Positions 1 to 9,051 of a stretch of 64,000 bases of DNA are shown here, in pieces. The stretch spans positions 15,162 to 79,161 of the forward strand of contig JBNASD010000001.1 in assembly GCA_049720225.1 (NCBI GenBank). The letters are read 5' to 3'. The stretch comes from Microgenomates group bacterium. Its GTDB lineage: Bacteria > Patescibacteriota > Microgenomatia > PFEM01 > JBNASD01. The position numbers were made by a program, and so were the translations under genes. The number at the start of each line of letters is the position of its first letter. The first letter of the stretch is position 1. The notes below the pieces were generated by a model. The model saw only the letters and a program-made list of their open reading frames with translations, made no database searches and was not told the origin of the DNA.

Positions 1-1386
1 GGTTTAAAAGGAGAACCAAGTTTTTTGGCAAAACTTTCTAAAATTAATGGAAATTTAGCTAAAATTTCTAATTGGCAAGAAGCAGAGCCGATAGTTGAGG
101 AACTAAAAAAAGCGGATTATAAAGTTTTAGAAATAGAAAAGAAAGAAGTAATCCAAACCCCCCCTCCGCCTTTTACCACTTCTACCATGCAGCAAAAAGC
201 GGCACAAGTTTTGCGGTTTTCCGCCAAAAAAACAATGCAGATTGCCCAACAACTTTACGAAAAAGGATTAATTACTTATCACCGCACCGACTCCGTGGCA
301 TTAGCCAGTGAGGCAATTGATGTCATTCGTGATTTTATTGCCAAAAATTTTGGAAAGAATTTCCTTCCGGAGAACCCCCGGATTTTTAAAACCCGTTCCC
401 GGGTAGCCCAAGAGGCTCACGAGGCTATCCGGCCGACGTCGTTAGTTCCTGTAGGAAATAGCCAATTACCACTAGCCAATAAAGATGAGGAGAGATTGTA
501 TGAATTAATCTTTAAACGCGCGGTTGCCTCCCAAATGAGAGAAGCGATTTGGGACCAAACAAAAATAACGGTTGAGGGAAAGGAAGAGAAAAACATTTAT
601 ATTTTAGAAGCAGAGGGAAAAGTGATTAAATTTGCCGGTTGGTTGAAGATTTACAACAATACCCAACACGCAACCCATAACAGTTTAACTGAAAAACAAT
701 TACCAGCGGTTAACAAAGATGATGGTTTATTATTAATTAAAATTGACCCCCAACAAAAATTTACCCAACCACCTCCGCGTTATACCGAGGCAAGTTTAAT
801 AAAAACATTGGAAAAAATGGGAATCGGTCGGCCATCTACTTATGCCCCAATTGTTTCCACTATCCAGGAAAGACAATATGTAGAAAAAATTGAAGGAAAA
901 TTTCATCCTACAACATTGGGAATGACGGTAAATGATTTTTTGTTTGATTATTTTCCCGATATTATAGATTACGATTTTACCGCCAAAATGGAGGAGGATT
1001 TAGACGAAATTGCCAATGGCAAAAAACAATGGCAGGTGGTTTTAAGTAATTTTTACGGTCCGTTTTCTCAAAAATTAGAGGAAGTAATTAAGGGAGCGGA
1101 AAAAGTAAAAGTTCCCACCCAAATTACTGGCGAAAAATGTCCAAAATGTAAGGCAGATTTAGTGGTTCGGATTGGAAAATTTGGTAAATTTATTGCCTGT
1201 TCTCGTTTTCCGGAGTGTGATTACAAAACGCCTTATGTTCAAAAGGTAGCTGAGGTAAAATGTCCTTTATGTGGAGGAGAGGTGGTGGTTCGCCAAACGA
1301 AAAACAAAAAGCGATTTTACGGTTGTGTTAATTGGCCAAAATGTAATTGGGCTTCTTGGAGAAAACCAAAAAAAATTGACAGTTAA
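1..1386 (+). CDS. topA: DNA topoisomerase I, C-terminal part (5' end lies outside the window)
   Basis: The frame is open from nt 1, so the gene is truncated by the window edge. Translation shows Toprim/topo IA core motifs (PPPFTTSTMQQKA, ITYHRTDS). The C-terminal end carries two C4 zinc ribbons (CPKCKADL...CSRFPEC; CPLCGG...CVNWPKC). Confidence 0.85.
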   Translation, partial: GLKGEPSFLAKLSKINGNLAKISNWQEAEPIVEELKKADYKVLEIEKKEVIQTPPPPFTTSTMQQKAAQVLRFSAKKTMQIAQQLYEKGLITYHRTDSVALASEAIDVIRDFIAKNFGKNFLPENPRIFKTRSRVAQEAHEAIRPTSLVPVGNSQLPLANKDEERLYELIFKRAVASQMREAIWDQTKITVEGKEEKNIYILEAEGKVIKFAGWLKIYNNTQHATHNSLTEKQLPAVNKDDGLLLIKIDPQQKFTQPPPRYTEASLIKTLEKMGIGRPSTYAPIVSTIQERQYVEKIEGKFHPTTLGMTVNDFLFDYFPDIIDYDFTAKMEEDLDEIANGKKQWQVVLSNFYGPFSQKLEEVIKGAEKVKVPTQITGEKCPKCKADLVVRIGKFGKFIACSRFPECDYKTPYVQKVAEVKCPLCGGEVVVRQTKNKKRFYGCVNWPKCNWASWRKPKKIDS

Positions 1387-1414
1387 AAAATAATTTGTTA
1401 TTTTTTAGGGGAAA

Positions 1415-2002
1415 ATGATTTTATCCGATAAAGATATTTTAAAATACCTCAAAAAAGGAAGAATTAAAATTGAACCTTTTGATAAAAGTTGTCTTCAACC
1501 TTCAACCGTTGACCTTCATTTAGCGGATGAGGTAAGGGTTTTTGATAATTGGGAAGTAGGGGTAATTGATGTTTATAAAAAACAAGATGTTTCCCGGGTG
1601 GTAAAAATTAAAAAAGAAGGATTTATTCTTCATCCCGGGGAATTTATTTTGGGTTCCACGAAAGAAAAAATTACCTTAGGAGATGAAGTAGCGGGAAAGC
1701 TAGAAGGGCGAAGTTCGTTGGGGAGATTGGGTTTGGTGATTCACGCCACCGCCGGTTATGTTGATCCCGGTTTTTCTGGATGGTTAACTTTTGAGATTTC
1801 TAACATTTCTCGCTTGCCAATTAAGATTTATCCTGATTTAAGAATTGCCCAAATTTGTTTTTTTAAGATGTCTAGTCCGGTACTTAATCCTTATGGAAGT
1901 AAAAATTTAGGGTCCAAATATCAAGGTCAAAAAGGGCCGACTGCCTCCCGAGTTTGGTTAGATTTTCAAAAAAATAATGCAAGAAGGAAAATTAAAGGTT
2001 AA
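1415..2002 (+). CDS. dcd: dCTP deaminase (dUTPase superfamily)
   Basis: 195 aa. The N-terminus MILSDKDILKYL...IEPFD...QPSTVDLHL is typical of Dcd. It sits directly upstream of thyX and overlaps it. Confidence 0.75.
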   Translation: MILSDKDILKYLKKGRIKIEPFDKSCLQPSTVDLHLADEVRVFDNWEVGVIDVYKKQDVSRVVKIKKEGFILHPGEFILGSTKEKITLGDEVAGKLEGRSSLGRLGLVIHATAGYVDPGFSGWLTFEISNISRLPIKIYPDLRIAQICFFKMSSPVLNPYGSKNLGSKYQGQKGPTASRVWLDFQKNNARRKIKG

Positions 2003-2693
2003 ATTAATTGCTTATTCTCAAAACGCTGAACAAGTAGTGGCGGGGGCGATTAGACAATGTTATTCCTCAGTTGGGGCAGAAGAATTAGTCCAAAAAATTT
2101 CTTCGGGGGAGAAAAAGAGATTAATTAAAATGGTTTTAGCCTCTGGCCATACTTCTACTTTAGAACATGCTTCTTTTACTTTTGCAATTGAAGGAATTTC
2201 TCGTGCCTGTTCTCATCAATTGGTTCGTCACCGAATTGCTTCTTACTCCCAACAATCACAAAGATATGTTGATTTCTCTTCAAAAGGATTAACCTTTATT
2301 GTTCCACCAAGCATTAAAAATAACCCCCTTGTGTTAAAAGAGTTTAAAAAAATTTTAAAATTTACTGAAGCGGGTTATTTTTCTTTAAGAAAAAAGGGAA
2401 TTAATCCTGAAGATGCACGGTTTGTTCTTCCTCAGGCAGTGGAGACAAAAATAGTAGTGACAATGAATGCCCGTGAATTGCTTCATTTTTTTGAATTAAG
2501 ATTGTGTAAGCGCGCTCAATGGGAGATAAGAGAGTTGGCAAAAGCAATGCTTAAAGAGGTTAAAAAAATCGCCCCTACCATTTTTGCCATTGCCGGTCCG
2601 ACCTGCGAAACCCAAAAAATTTGTTGGGAAGGAAAATTTTCCTGCGGAAAATGGCAAAAAATTAAAGGAGGGCAATTAAAAGAAAGAATATGA
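1977..2693 (+). CDS. thyX: flavin-dependent thymidylate synthase ThyX
   Basis: Carries the ThyX signature RHRIASYSQQSQRY (RHRxxxxxxSxR). 238 aa; TGA stop. Confidence 0.85.
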   Translation: MQEGKLKVKLIAYSQNAEQVVAGAIRQCYSSVGAEELVQKISSGEKKRLIKMVLASGHTSTLEHASFTFAIEGISRACSHQLVRHRIASYSQQSQRYVDFSSKGLTFIVPPSIKNNPLVLKEFKKILKFTEAGYFSLRKKGINPEDARFVLPQAVETKIVVTMNARELLHFFELRLCKRAQWEIRELAKAMLKEVKKIAPTIFAIAGPTCETQKICWEGKFSCGKWQKIKGGQLKERI

Positions 2694-2694
2694 T

Positions 2695-3327
2695 ATGAGG
2701 GGAATTTTTATTACTTTTGAAGGTCCAGAGGGAGGCGGAAAAAGCCTTCAGATTGAGAAATTAAAAGAATATCTTCAAGAAACCGGAAGAGAGGTAGTAG
2801 TGGTAAGAGAACCAGGGCAAACTTCAATTGGAGAGCAAATTCGCCAAATTCTTCTTAATCCCAAAAATAAAGAAATGGAACCACGAGCAGAAACATTACT
2901 TTTTGAATCAGCGAGGGCACAATTGGTGGAAGAGGTAATTAAGCCAGCTTTAGCAGTAGGAAAAATTGTTTTGGCAGACCGCTTTTTTGATAGCACGACC
3001 GCCTATCAAGGATATGGACGGGGAATGAATCTAAAAGAGATTGATTGGCTTAATCGTTTTGCCACCGGGGGATTGGTTCCTGATTTAACAATTTTGTTAG
3101 ATGTTCCAGTGGAGGTAGGTTTAGAAAGAAGGAGAAAGTCAGGAAAGGAGGATAGATTAGATAAGGAAGGATTAGAGTTTCATCAAAGAGTAAGAGAGGG
3201 ATATTTAAAAATAGCAAAAAGTCAACCAGAAAGGTGGCGAGTAGTTAATGCTAGTCGTTCACCCGAAGAAATTTTTGAGGAGATTAAAGGGTTAGTAGAA
3301 GAAAAATTAAAAGAAATTCAAAAATGA
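2695..3327 (+). CDS. tmk: thymidylate kinase
   Basis: P-loop FITFEGPEGGGKS and a DRF/lid region. 210 aa. The ATG lies 1 nt after the thyX TGA stop. Confidence 0.85.
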   Translation: MRGIFITFEGPEGGGKSLQIEKLKEYLQETGREVVVVREPGQTSIGEQIRQILLNPKNKEMEPRAETLLFESARAQLVEEVIKPALAVGKIVLADRFFDSTTAYQGYGRGMNLKEIDWLNRFATGGLVPDLTILLDVPVEVGLERRRKSGKEDRLDKEGLEFHQRVREGYLKIAKSQPERWRVVNASRSPEEIFEEIKGLVEEKLKEIQK

Positions 3328-3578
3328 GCCTAAAAGAAATTTTTGAAAGAATTCAAAGGACGCGAACCACTTCGGGTAGGGATTCCAAAGAATGTCCATT
3401 TAATCCCGCAAAAAGGGGAAAACCAGAAGAAAGTTGTAGAAGGGGGGCGTGTAAGTTTTTTGATGATTGTCCATCAGGAAGAAATGCCTTAAAACCAGGT
3501 GAGGAGCCAAAACCAGGACCAATTAAAGATTCGAGAACGGGGAGAGTGGCTGATTTTGATAGACCTCCTCATATATAA
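3324..3578 (+). CDS. small Cys/Pro/Arg-rich hypothetical protein (possible Zn-ribbon), uncertain
   Basis: 84-aa ORF. Its ATG overlaps the tmk TGA (ATGA), which suggests translational coupling. It has four Cys (CPFNPAKRGKPEESCRRGACKFFDDC) and locally elevated GC. No recognisable family. Confidence 0.3.
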   Translation: MSLKEIFERIQRTRTTSGRDSKECPFNPAKRGKPEESCRRGACKFFDDCPSGRNALKPGEEPKPGPIKDSRTGRVADFDRPPHI

Positions 3579-3586
3579 TTAAAAAG

Positions 3587-4822
3587 ATGAAGGATAAAAT
3601 TTTTACTTTAATTACTCAAGAAGAAAACCTTCAAGAGGAAACAATTAATTTAATTCCTTCGGAAAATTATTGTTCAGTCGCGGTTAAAAAGACTTTAGGG
3701 TCGGTTTTAACCGATAAATATGCAGAAGGTTATCCGAAAAGGCGTTATTATCAGGGTAACAAGATTGTGGATGAAGTAGAAAATTTGGCAATTCAACGAG
3801 CTAAATCTCTTTTTGGTGTTCCTTATGTGAATGTTCAACCTTATTCTGGGTCTACCGCAAATATGGCGGTATATTTTACTTTGGCAAATCCTGGAGAAAA
3901 AGTGATGGGAATGGATTTAAAAGCGGGAGGACACCTAACCCACGGAGCGCCGGTGAATTTTTCCGGAAAATTTTATAAAGTAGTTAGTTACGGAGTAAAT
4001 AGTGATGGTTGGTTAGATTATGAGGAAATTGAAAATTTAGCTAAAAGACATCGTCCGAAAATTATTTGGTGCGGAGCGACTGCTTATCCTCGATTTTTTG
4101 ATTGGCAAAAATTTGCCAAAATTGCCGAAAAGGTGGGGGCGTGGTTGGTGGCGGATATCGCTCATTATGCGGGATTAATTGTTGGTGGGGTTTATCCTTC
4201 GCCTGTTTCTTTTGCTGATATTTTAACAACAACTACCCATAAAACTTTACGCGGGCCGCGGGGAGCAATGATCATGGTTACCAAAAAAGGCCTTAAAAAA
4301 GATAAAAATTTGGGAGAAAAAATAAACCGTTGGGTTTTTCCTGGTCTTCAGGGTGGTCCTCACGAAAACAATATTGCCGGTATTGCGGTGGCGTTAGCAG
4401 AAGCAAAGAAACCTTCTTTTAAAAAATATGCCCAACAGGTAATAAAAAACGCTCAGGTATTAGCGGAAGAATTAATAAAATTCGGATTTAAATTAGTTAC
4501 GGGAGGAACGGATAATCATTTACTTTTGATTGATTTGCGAAACAAAAAAATTAGCGGAAAAGAGACGGCGGTAATTTTAGAAAAAGTAGGAATTATTGTT
4601 AACGCCAATTCTATTCCCAATGATCCAGGCCCACCTTTAAAGCCATCAGGAATTCGCTTAGGAACGCCAGCGGTGACCACCAGAGGAATGAAAGAAAAAG
4701 AGATGAAGCTGATTGCTAATTTCATTTATCGGGCGATAGAGTTTAAAGAAGATGAAAAAGAACTTCAAAAAATTAAAAATGAAGTTAAACGGTTAACTTC
4801 TCAATTTAGATTAAGATTTTAA
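3587..4822 (+). CDS. glyA: serine hydroxymethyltransferase
   Basis: 411 aa. Shows the PLP-lysine region TTTTHKTLRGPRG and the SHMT N-terminus INLIPSEN. Confidence 0.9.
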   Translation: MKDKIFTLITQEENLQEETINLIPSENYCSVAVKKTLGSVLTDKYAEGYPKRRYYQGNKIVDEVENLAIQRAKSLFGVPYVNVQPYSGSTANMAVYFTLANPGEKVMGMDLKAGGHLTHGAPVNFSGKFYKVVSYGVNSDGWLDYEEIENLAKRHRPKIIWCGATAYPRFFDWQKFAKIAEKVGAWLVADIAHYAGLIVGGVYPSPVSFADILTTTTHKTLRGPRGAMIMVTKKGLKKDKNLGEKINRWVFPGLQGGPHENNIAGIAVALAEAKKPSFKKYAQQVIKNAQVLAEELIKFGFKLVTGGTDNHLLLIDLRNKKISGKETAVILEKVGIIVNANSIPNDPGPPLKPSGIRLGTPAVTTRGMKEKEMKLIANFIYRAIEFKEDEKELQKIKNEVKRLTSQFRLRF

Positions 4823-4834
4823 ATCAAAAATAAA

Positions 4835-5659
4835 ATGGCGATAATTTTTGATGGCAAAAAATTAGCAGAAGAAAAAGAAAAAATTTTAGCCCAAAAAGTG
4901 GCAGAATTAAAGAAAAAAACAGGAATTACCCCTAAATTGACTGCTTTTTTAATTGGTGAAAATCCGGCTTCGATTTTATATTTAAAGAAAAAAAGCGAGG
5001 CGGGAAAAAGAGTAGGAATTGAAGTAGAAGTAGTAAAAATAAAAAAAATAACCTCCCTTATTAACTTAATTGAGGAAAAAAATAACGATTTCAAAACACA
5101 CGGAATTATGGTCCAATTACCATTACCAGAGGAATTTAAAAATTGGGAATTAAAAATTCTTGAATCAATTTCCCCAATAAAAGATGTTGATTGTTTAACA
5201 CCGGTTAATTTAGGTTTATTAGCAAGGGGACAACCGCGATTTTTACCGGCGACAGTAAAAGCGGTTTTGGAAATAATTAAAAATTCAAATTTTAAAGTTC
5301 TCGGTTCAAACATAGTAGTTGTGGGGGCATCAAATATTGTGGGAAAACCATTAGCGCTTTTACTTTCTAATTTAGGAGCAACGGTGACTCTTTGTCGCTC
5401 AAAAACCAAAAACTTAGCTAAATTTACTTGCCAAGCGGATTTTCTTATTTCAGCAACCGGTGTGCCAAATTTAATTAAAGCGGAGATGGTAAAAAGGGAA
5501 GCGATAGTAATTGATGTTGGCGCCCCCAAGGCAGATGTTGATTTTGAAAAAGTAAAAAAGATTGCTTCGTTTATTACGCCAGTTCCGGGTGGGGTAGGTC
5601 CCTTAACTGTGGTAAGTTTATTAGAAAATTTACTTATTGCCTTTGAACGAACTTCTTGA
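4835..5659 (+). CDS. folD: bifunctional methylene-THF dehydrogenase/cyclohydrolase
   Basis: 274 aa. Motifs: HGIMVQLPLP and the NAD(P)-binding VVVGASNIVGKPLALLL. Confidence 0.85.
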   Translation: MAIIFDGKKLAEEKEKILAQKVAELKKKTGITPKLTAFLIGENPASILYLKKKSEAGKRVGIEVEVVKIKKITSLINLIEEKNNDFKTHGIMVQLPLPEEFKNWELKILESISPIKDVDCLTPVNLGLLARGQPRFLPATVKAVLEIIKNSNFKVLGSNIVVVGASNIVGKPLALLLSNLGATVTLCRSKTKNLAKFTCQADFLISATGVPNLIKAEMVKREAIVIDVGAPKADVDFEKVKKIASFITPVPGGVGPLTVVSLLENLLIAFERTS

Positions 5660-5684
5660 TAAAATAAAAAAGTTAATTTTATTC

Positions 5685-5726
5685 CCGTTCGTGCTTTTCT
5701 CTCCCAATATGGGGGTCAACGAACGG
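5685..5726 (+). promoter_or_regulatory. inverted repeat in the rpsB leader (CCGTTCG...CGAACGG with a nested CCC-AATAT-GGG hairpin)
   Basis: A perfect 7-bp inverted repeat separated by 28 nt, in the 84-nt gap between folD and rpsB. It may be an S2 autoregulatory leader or a terminator/attenuator. Confidence 0.2.
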
Positions 5727-5743
5727 TAGCTTAAAAGAAAAGC

Positions 5744-6529
5744 ATGGTTAAAACTAAAAAAGCAAAAACAGAAGAAAAATTAGAAGAAAAAGCAGAAAAA
5801 ACTTCCTCTTCGGAAATTTCTCTTAAATCATTATTGGAAGCAGGTTGTCATTTTGGTCATCAGGTTCGTCGTTGGCATCCAGCAATGAAACCTTATTTAT
5901 TTGGCGTTCGGGGAGGGGTTCATATTTTTGATTTAGTAAAAACCAAAGAAGGATTAGAAAAAGCCTGTGAATTTATGAAAAAATCCGCTCAAGAAGGGAA
6001 AAGGATTGTTTTTGTGGGTACCAAAAGACAAGCAAAGGCGGTAATTACTGAAGAAGCCAAAAAAATTGGTGTTCCTTATGTGACCGAAAGATGGGTAGGA
6101 GGAACAATTACTAATTGGGAGCAGATTAAAAAAAGCATTGATAAATTAGTTAGAATGAAAGAGGAGCAAGATAAAGGAGAATATAAAAAATATACCAAAA
6201 AAGAGCAAATTCTTCTTAATCGAGAAATTCTTCGTCTAGAAAAGCTTTATGGAGGATTAGTAGGTTTAGAAGATAAACCAGAAATAATTTTTGTCGTTGA
6301 TGTGAGAAAGGAAGATACGGCAGTTGAGGAAGCAAAAAAGAAGGGAGTGACTATTGTTGCTTTGGTTGATTCTGATTCCAATCCTGAGGGAATTGATTAT
6401 GTCATTCCCGGAAATGATGATGCGGTTGGGTCAATAAGATTTATTGTCGGAAAAATCGCCGAAGCAGTTAAAGAAGGAAAAGAAATAAAAGAAAAGAAAG
6501 GAGAAAAAAATGAAAAAAGTAAGTCTTGA
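5744..6529 (+). CDS. rpsB: 30S ribosomal protein S2 (with ~20-aa Lys/Glu-rich N-terminal extension)
   Basis: The core [19 protein letters not shown]...IFDL is typical of S2. Confidence 0.9.
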   Translation: MVKTKKAKTEEKLEEKAEKTSSSEISLKSLLEAGCHFGHQVRRWHPAMKPYLFGVRGGVHIFDLVKTKEGLEKACEFMKKSAQEGKRIVFVGTKRQAKAVITEEAKKIGVPYVTERWVGGTITNWEQIKKSIDKLVRMKEEQDKGEYKKYTKKEQILLNREILRLEKLYGGLVGLEDKPEIIFVVDVRKEDTAVEEAKKKGVTIVALVDSDSNPEGIDYVIPGNDDAVGSIRFIVGKIAEAVKEGKEIKEKKGEKNEKSKS

Positions 6530-6971
6530 ACAAATCAAAAAATTAAGAGAAAAAACTAAAGCCGGGGTAATGGATTGCCGGCAGGCACTGGAAGAATGTG
6601 ACGGTGATGAGAAAAAAGCCATCGAATGGCTAAGAAAAAAGGGACTTTCCTCCGCCTGTAAAAGAGAAGAAAGAGAAACCAAACAAGGAATTGTTGAGGC
6701 TTATGTTCATCCTGATAGCCGAATTGCGTCAGTGGTAGAATTAACTTGTGAAACCGATTTTGTGGCCCGGACCGATGAATTTAAAAAATTAGCCCATGAG
6801 TTGGCGCTCCAGGTGGCCGCGATGGCGCCGGAAAGCGTGGAGGAACTTTTAAAACAACCTTGGATTAGAGATCAAAAAATTTTGGTTGGTGATTTGATTA
6901 AAGAAACCATTGCCAAAGTAGGAGAAAATATTGTCGTTAAAAGAATTTATCGCTGTGAATTAGGAAAATGA
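6510..6971 (+). CDS. tsf: elongation factor Ts (short form, 153 aa)
   Basis: UBA-like N-terminus [21 protein letters not shown]; C-terminal [11 protein letters not shown]. It overlaps the rpsB end. Confidence 0.8.
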   Translation: MKKVSLEQIKKLREKTKAGVMDCRQALEECDGDEKKAIEWLRKKGLSSACKREERETKQGIVEAYVHPDSRIASVVELTCETDFVARTDEFKKLAHELALQVAAMAPESVEELLKQPWIRDQKILVGDLIKETIAKVGENIVVKRIYRCELGK

Positions 6972-7522
6972 TTGATTTTTCCGATACCCGGCAAAAAATG
7001 GAAGAAGTTTTAAAGCTTCTTCGGGAAGATTTGTTGACTTTGCGGGCAGGAAGAGCAGAACCGGCGATGGTTGAGTATATTCAGGTAGAAGCTTATGAGA
7101 CAAAAATGCCTTTAAACCAATTAGCGACTATTACTTCGGCGGATGCGGGAACCCTACTTATTACTCCTTTTGATAAAAGTATTATTAAAAATATTTTAAA
7201 AGCGATTGAGGATCATAAAGAATTAGGCGCTTCAGCGATATTAGAGGGAGATTTAATTCGTTTAAAATTCCCTCCTTTAAGTGAGGAAAGAAGAAAAGAA
7301 TTGGTAAAACTTTTAAGTCAAAAGTTAGAAGGAGCAAGAATTATGATTCGGCAGGTGAGAGGTGATAAATTACGGGAAATTCGTCGAAAGGGAGAGGAAA
7401 AGGAAATTAACGAAGATGAAGAATTTCGGGCCACCCAACAATTACAAAAACTCACCGATGAGTTTAATCAGAAAATAGAGGAAATGGGAAAAGCAAAAGA
7501 AAAAGAGCTTTTAACCGTTTAA
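6968..7522 (+). CDS. frr: ribosome recycling factor
   Basis: 184 aa. Typical Frr pattern (LRAGRAEPAMVEYIQVEAYE...). Confidence 0.85.
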   Translation: MIDFSDTRQKMEEVLKLLREDLLTLRAGRAEPAMVEYIQVEAYETKMPLNQLATITSADAGTLLITPFDKSIIKNILKAIEDHKELGASAILEGDLIRLKFPPLSEERRKELVKLLSQKLEGARIMIRQVRGDKLREIRRKGEEKEINEDEEFRATQQLQKLTDEFNQKIEEMGKAKEKELLTV

Positions 7523-7535
7523 ATTTAATAATAAA

Positions 7536-8669
7536 ATGACCATTATTCTTTCCCTTTTAGTTTTATCAATTTTAATTTTAGCTCATGAATTTGGGCATTT
7601 TTTGGCAGCAAAAAAAGCGGGAATAAAGGTAGAAGAATTTGGTTTTGGTTATCCTCCGCGCTTGTTTGGAAAAAAAATAGGGGAGACGATTTATTCAATT
7701 AACGTCATTCCTTTTGGCGGTTTTGTCAAACTTTACGGAGAAGAGTTAGAAGAAAGAAAGAAAGAAAAATTTGCTTTTTGGGCAAAAAGTAAAAAAGCAA
7801 GAAGCGCAGTAATTTTAGCCGGTGTTTTTGCCAATTTTTTATTAGGAATCGCCATTTTTTCTCTTGTTTATTCTTTTACCGGTATTCCCCAAAAAACTAA
7901 TAAAGTAAAAATTGTGGGGATTTCTCCTGATTCTCCTGCCCAAAAAGGAGGATTAAAAGTAGATGATGTAATTTTGGCGGTTGATGATGAAAAAATTACT
8001 AACTTAACTGAATTTACAAAGTTAATCCAAGGAAAAAAGGGAAAAGAAGTTAAGTTACTAATAAAAAGAGAAAAAGATAATCCTTGTAAAGAAAAAGTTT
8101 TGGGAGGGGGAGGGTTTAGTTGCGAAAATGGAAATTTAGTTTTTTGGCTTATTCCTCGAGAAACACCGCCAGAGGGAGAAGGACCGTTGGGAGTGGTGGT
8201 AAGCGATGTGGAATTAGTTCGCTATTGGTGGGGAAAAACAATTGTCTTAGGAATTTGGGAAGGGTTAAAAGAAGCAATTGGTTGGGGAGGATTAATTCTT
8301 CTTTCTTTGAAAAAAATGCTAGGTGATTTATTTTTTAAAGGAATTGTTCCCCAAGATGTTGCTGGTCCAGTAGGGGTTTTTCAAGTTACCAGTCAAGTTG
8401 CCAAACAGGGGATTTTAAATCTTTTGCAATTTACCGGAATTTTATCGATTAATTTGGCAATTTTAAATGTTTTACCTTTTCCAGCGTTGGATGGGGGAAG
8501 ATTAATTTTTATTTTTTACGAACTAATTTTTCGTCGGCGCCCTTCGGCAAAAATAGAGCATTGGGTTAATTTTTTGGGAATGGTAGTTTTAATTTTCTTA
8601 ATTTTGGCAGTTACCGTAAAAGATATTCAACGATTAATCAACGGAAACTTTCCCTTTTCTTCTCCTTAG
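7536..8669 (+). CDS. rseP: RIP site-2 metalloprotease (M50, RseP-like) with PDZ domain
   Basis: HEFGH zinc motif at the N-terminus, multiple TM segments, a central PDZ-like segment and the LDGG motif near the C-terminus. Confidence 0.8.
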   Translation: MTIILSLLVLSILILAHEFGHFLAAKKAGIKVEEFGFGYPPRLFGKKIGETIYSINVIPFGGFVKLYGEELEERKKEKFAFWAKSKKARSAVILAGVFANFLLGIAIFSLVYSFTGIPQKTNKVKIVGISPDSPAQKGGLKVDDVILAVDDEKITNLTEFTKLIQGKKGKEVKLLIKREKDNPCKEKVLGGGGFSCENGNLVFWLIPRETPPEGEGPLGVVVSDVELVRYWWGKTIVLGIWEGLKEAIGWGGLILLSLKKMLGDLFFKGIVPQDVAGPVGVFQVTSQVAKQGILNLLQFTGILSINLAILNVLPFPALDGGRLIFIFYELIFRRRPSAKIEHWVNFLGMVVLIFLILAVTVKDIQRLINGNFPFSSP

Positions 8670-8718
8670 AAATTTTTATGATAAAATATTTTTATAACTT
8701 TATTTTTAAATACTTAAT

Positions 8719-9051
8719 ATGAAAAGTAAAAATTTGGAATTACAAAAAATTATTAAAGCTACCCAATTATTAAAAGGTAAACAAGTTATTATTTTTGGTT
8801 CTCAAGCTAAGGAAAAAGGAAAAAAGGGAAGCGATCTTGATCTTTGTATATTGATAAAAAAAGGAGAAGATCCTTTGAAATTTCAGCGCCAATTTCGTCT
8901 TAAATTATGGGAATTAGGCTATCAATGGATTTGGCCTTTAGATATTCATGTTTATCCTGAAGATTTTTTTAACGATAGACTTTCTCTTCAAGACCCGTTT
9001 ATAAAAGAGATTAAAAAAGGAGTAAAAATATATGACCAAAGTAATATTTAA
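8719..9051 (+). CDS. minimal nucleotidyltransferase (MNT/MntA-like antitoxin)
   Basis: 110 aa. NTase motif GSQAKEKGKKGSDLDLCILI (GS...DxD). Confidence 0.7.
   Translation: MKSKNLELQKIIKATQLLKGKQVIIFGSQAKEKGKKGSDLDLCILIKKGEDPLKFQRQFRLKLWELGYQWIWPLDIHVYPEDFFNDRLSLQDPFIKEIKKGVKIYDQSNI

Noticed and set aside
2775-2996. Many ORFs in the supplied track lie antisense to, or nested within, strongly supported genes. Examples: 2775-2996(-), 4516-4725(-), 4819-5529(-), 6431-6682(-), 8120-8326(+), 9322-9543(-), 9381-9569(+), 11850-12320(-), 16463-16675(-), 17494-17676(-), 19408-19767(-), 22651-22929(-), 24895-25113(+), 25529-25723(+), 25736-25942(+), 26938-27150(+), 30118-30462(-), 31342-31737(-), 33976-34287(-), 36655-37080(-), 37771-38007(+), 39524-39721(+), 41751-42014(+), 45644-45841(-), 47038-47244(-), 48621-48827(-), 48865-49053(-), 51635-51922(-), 54540-54818(-), 59086-59403(-), 59168-59359(+), 60609-60833(-).
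   Set aside because: Each overlaps a gene with clear family signatures on the other strand or frame. Their translations are low-complexity with no recognisable motifs, typical shadow ORFs of an AT-rich genome.
3328-3586. ZTP (pfl) or THF riboswitch upstream of glyA-folD.
   Set aside because: One-carbon genes downstream made this attractive, but I could not find the conserved pfl pseudoknot or THF junction sequences by eye. The stretch also carries a start/stop-overlapped ORF. Left as an open check.
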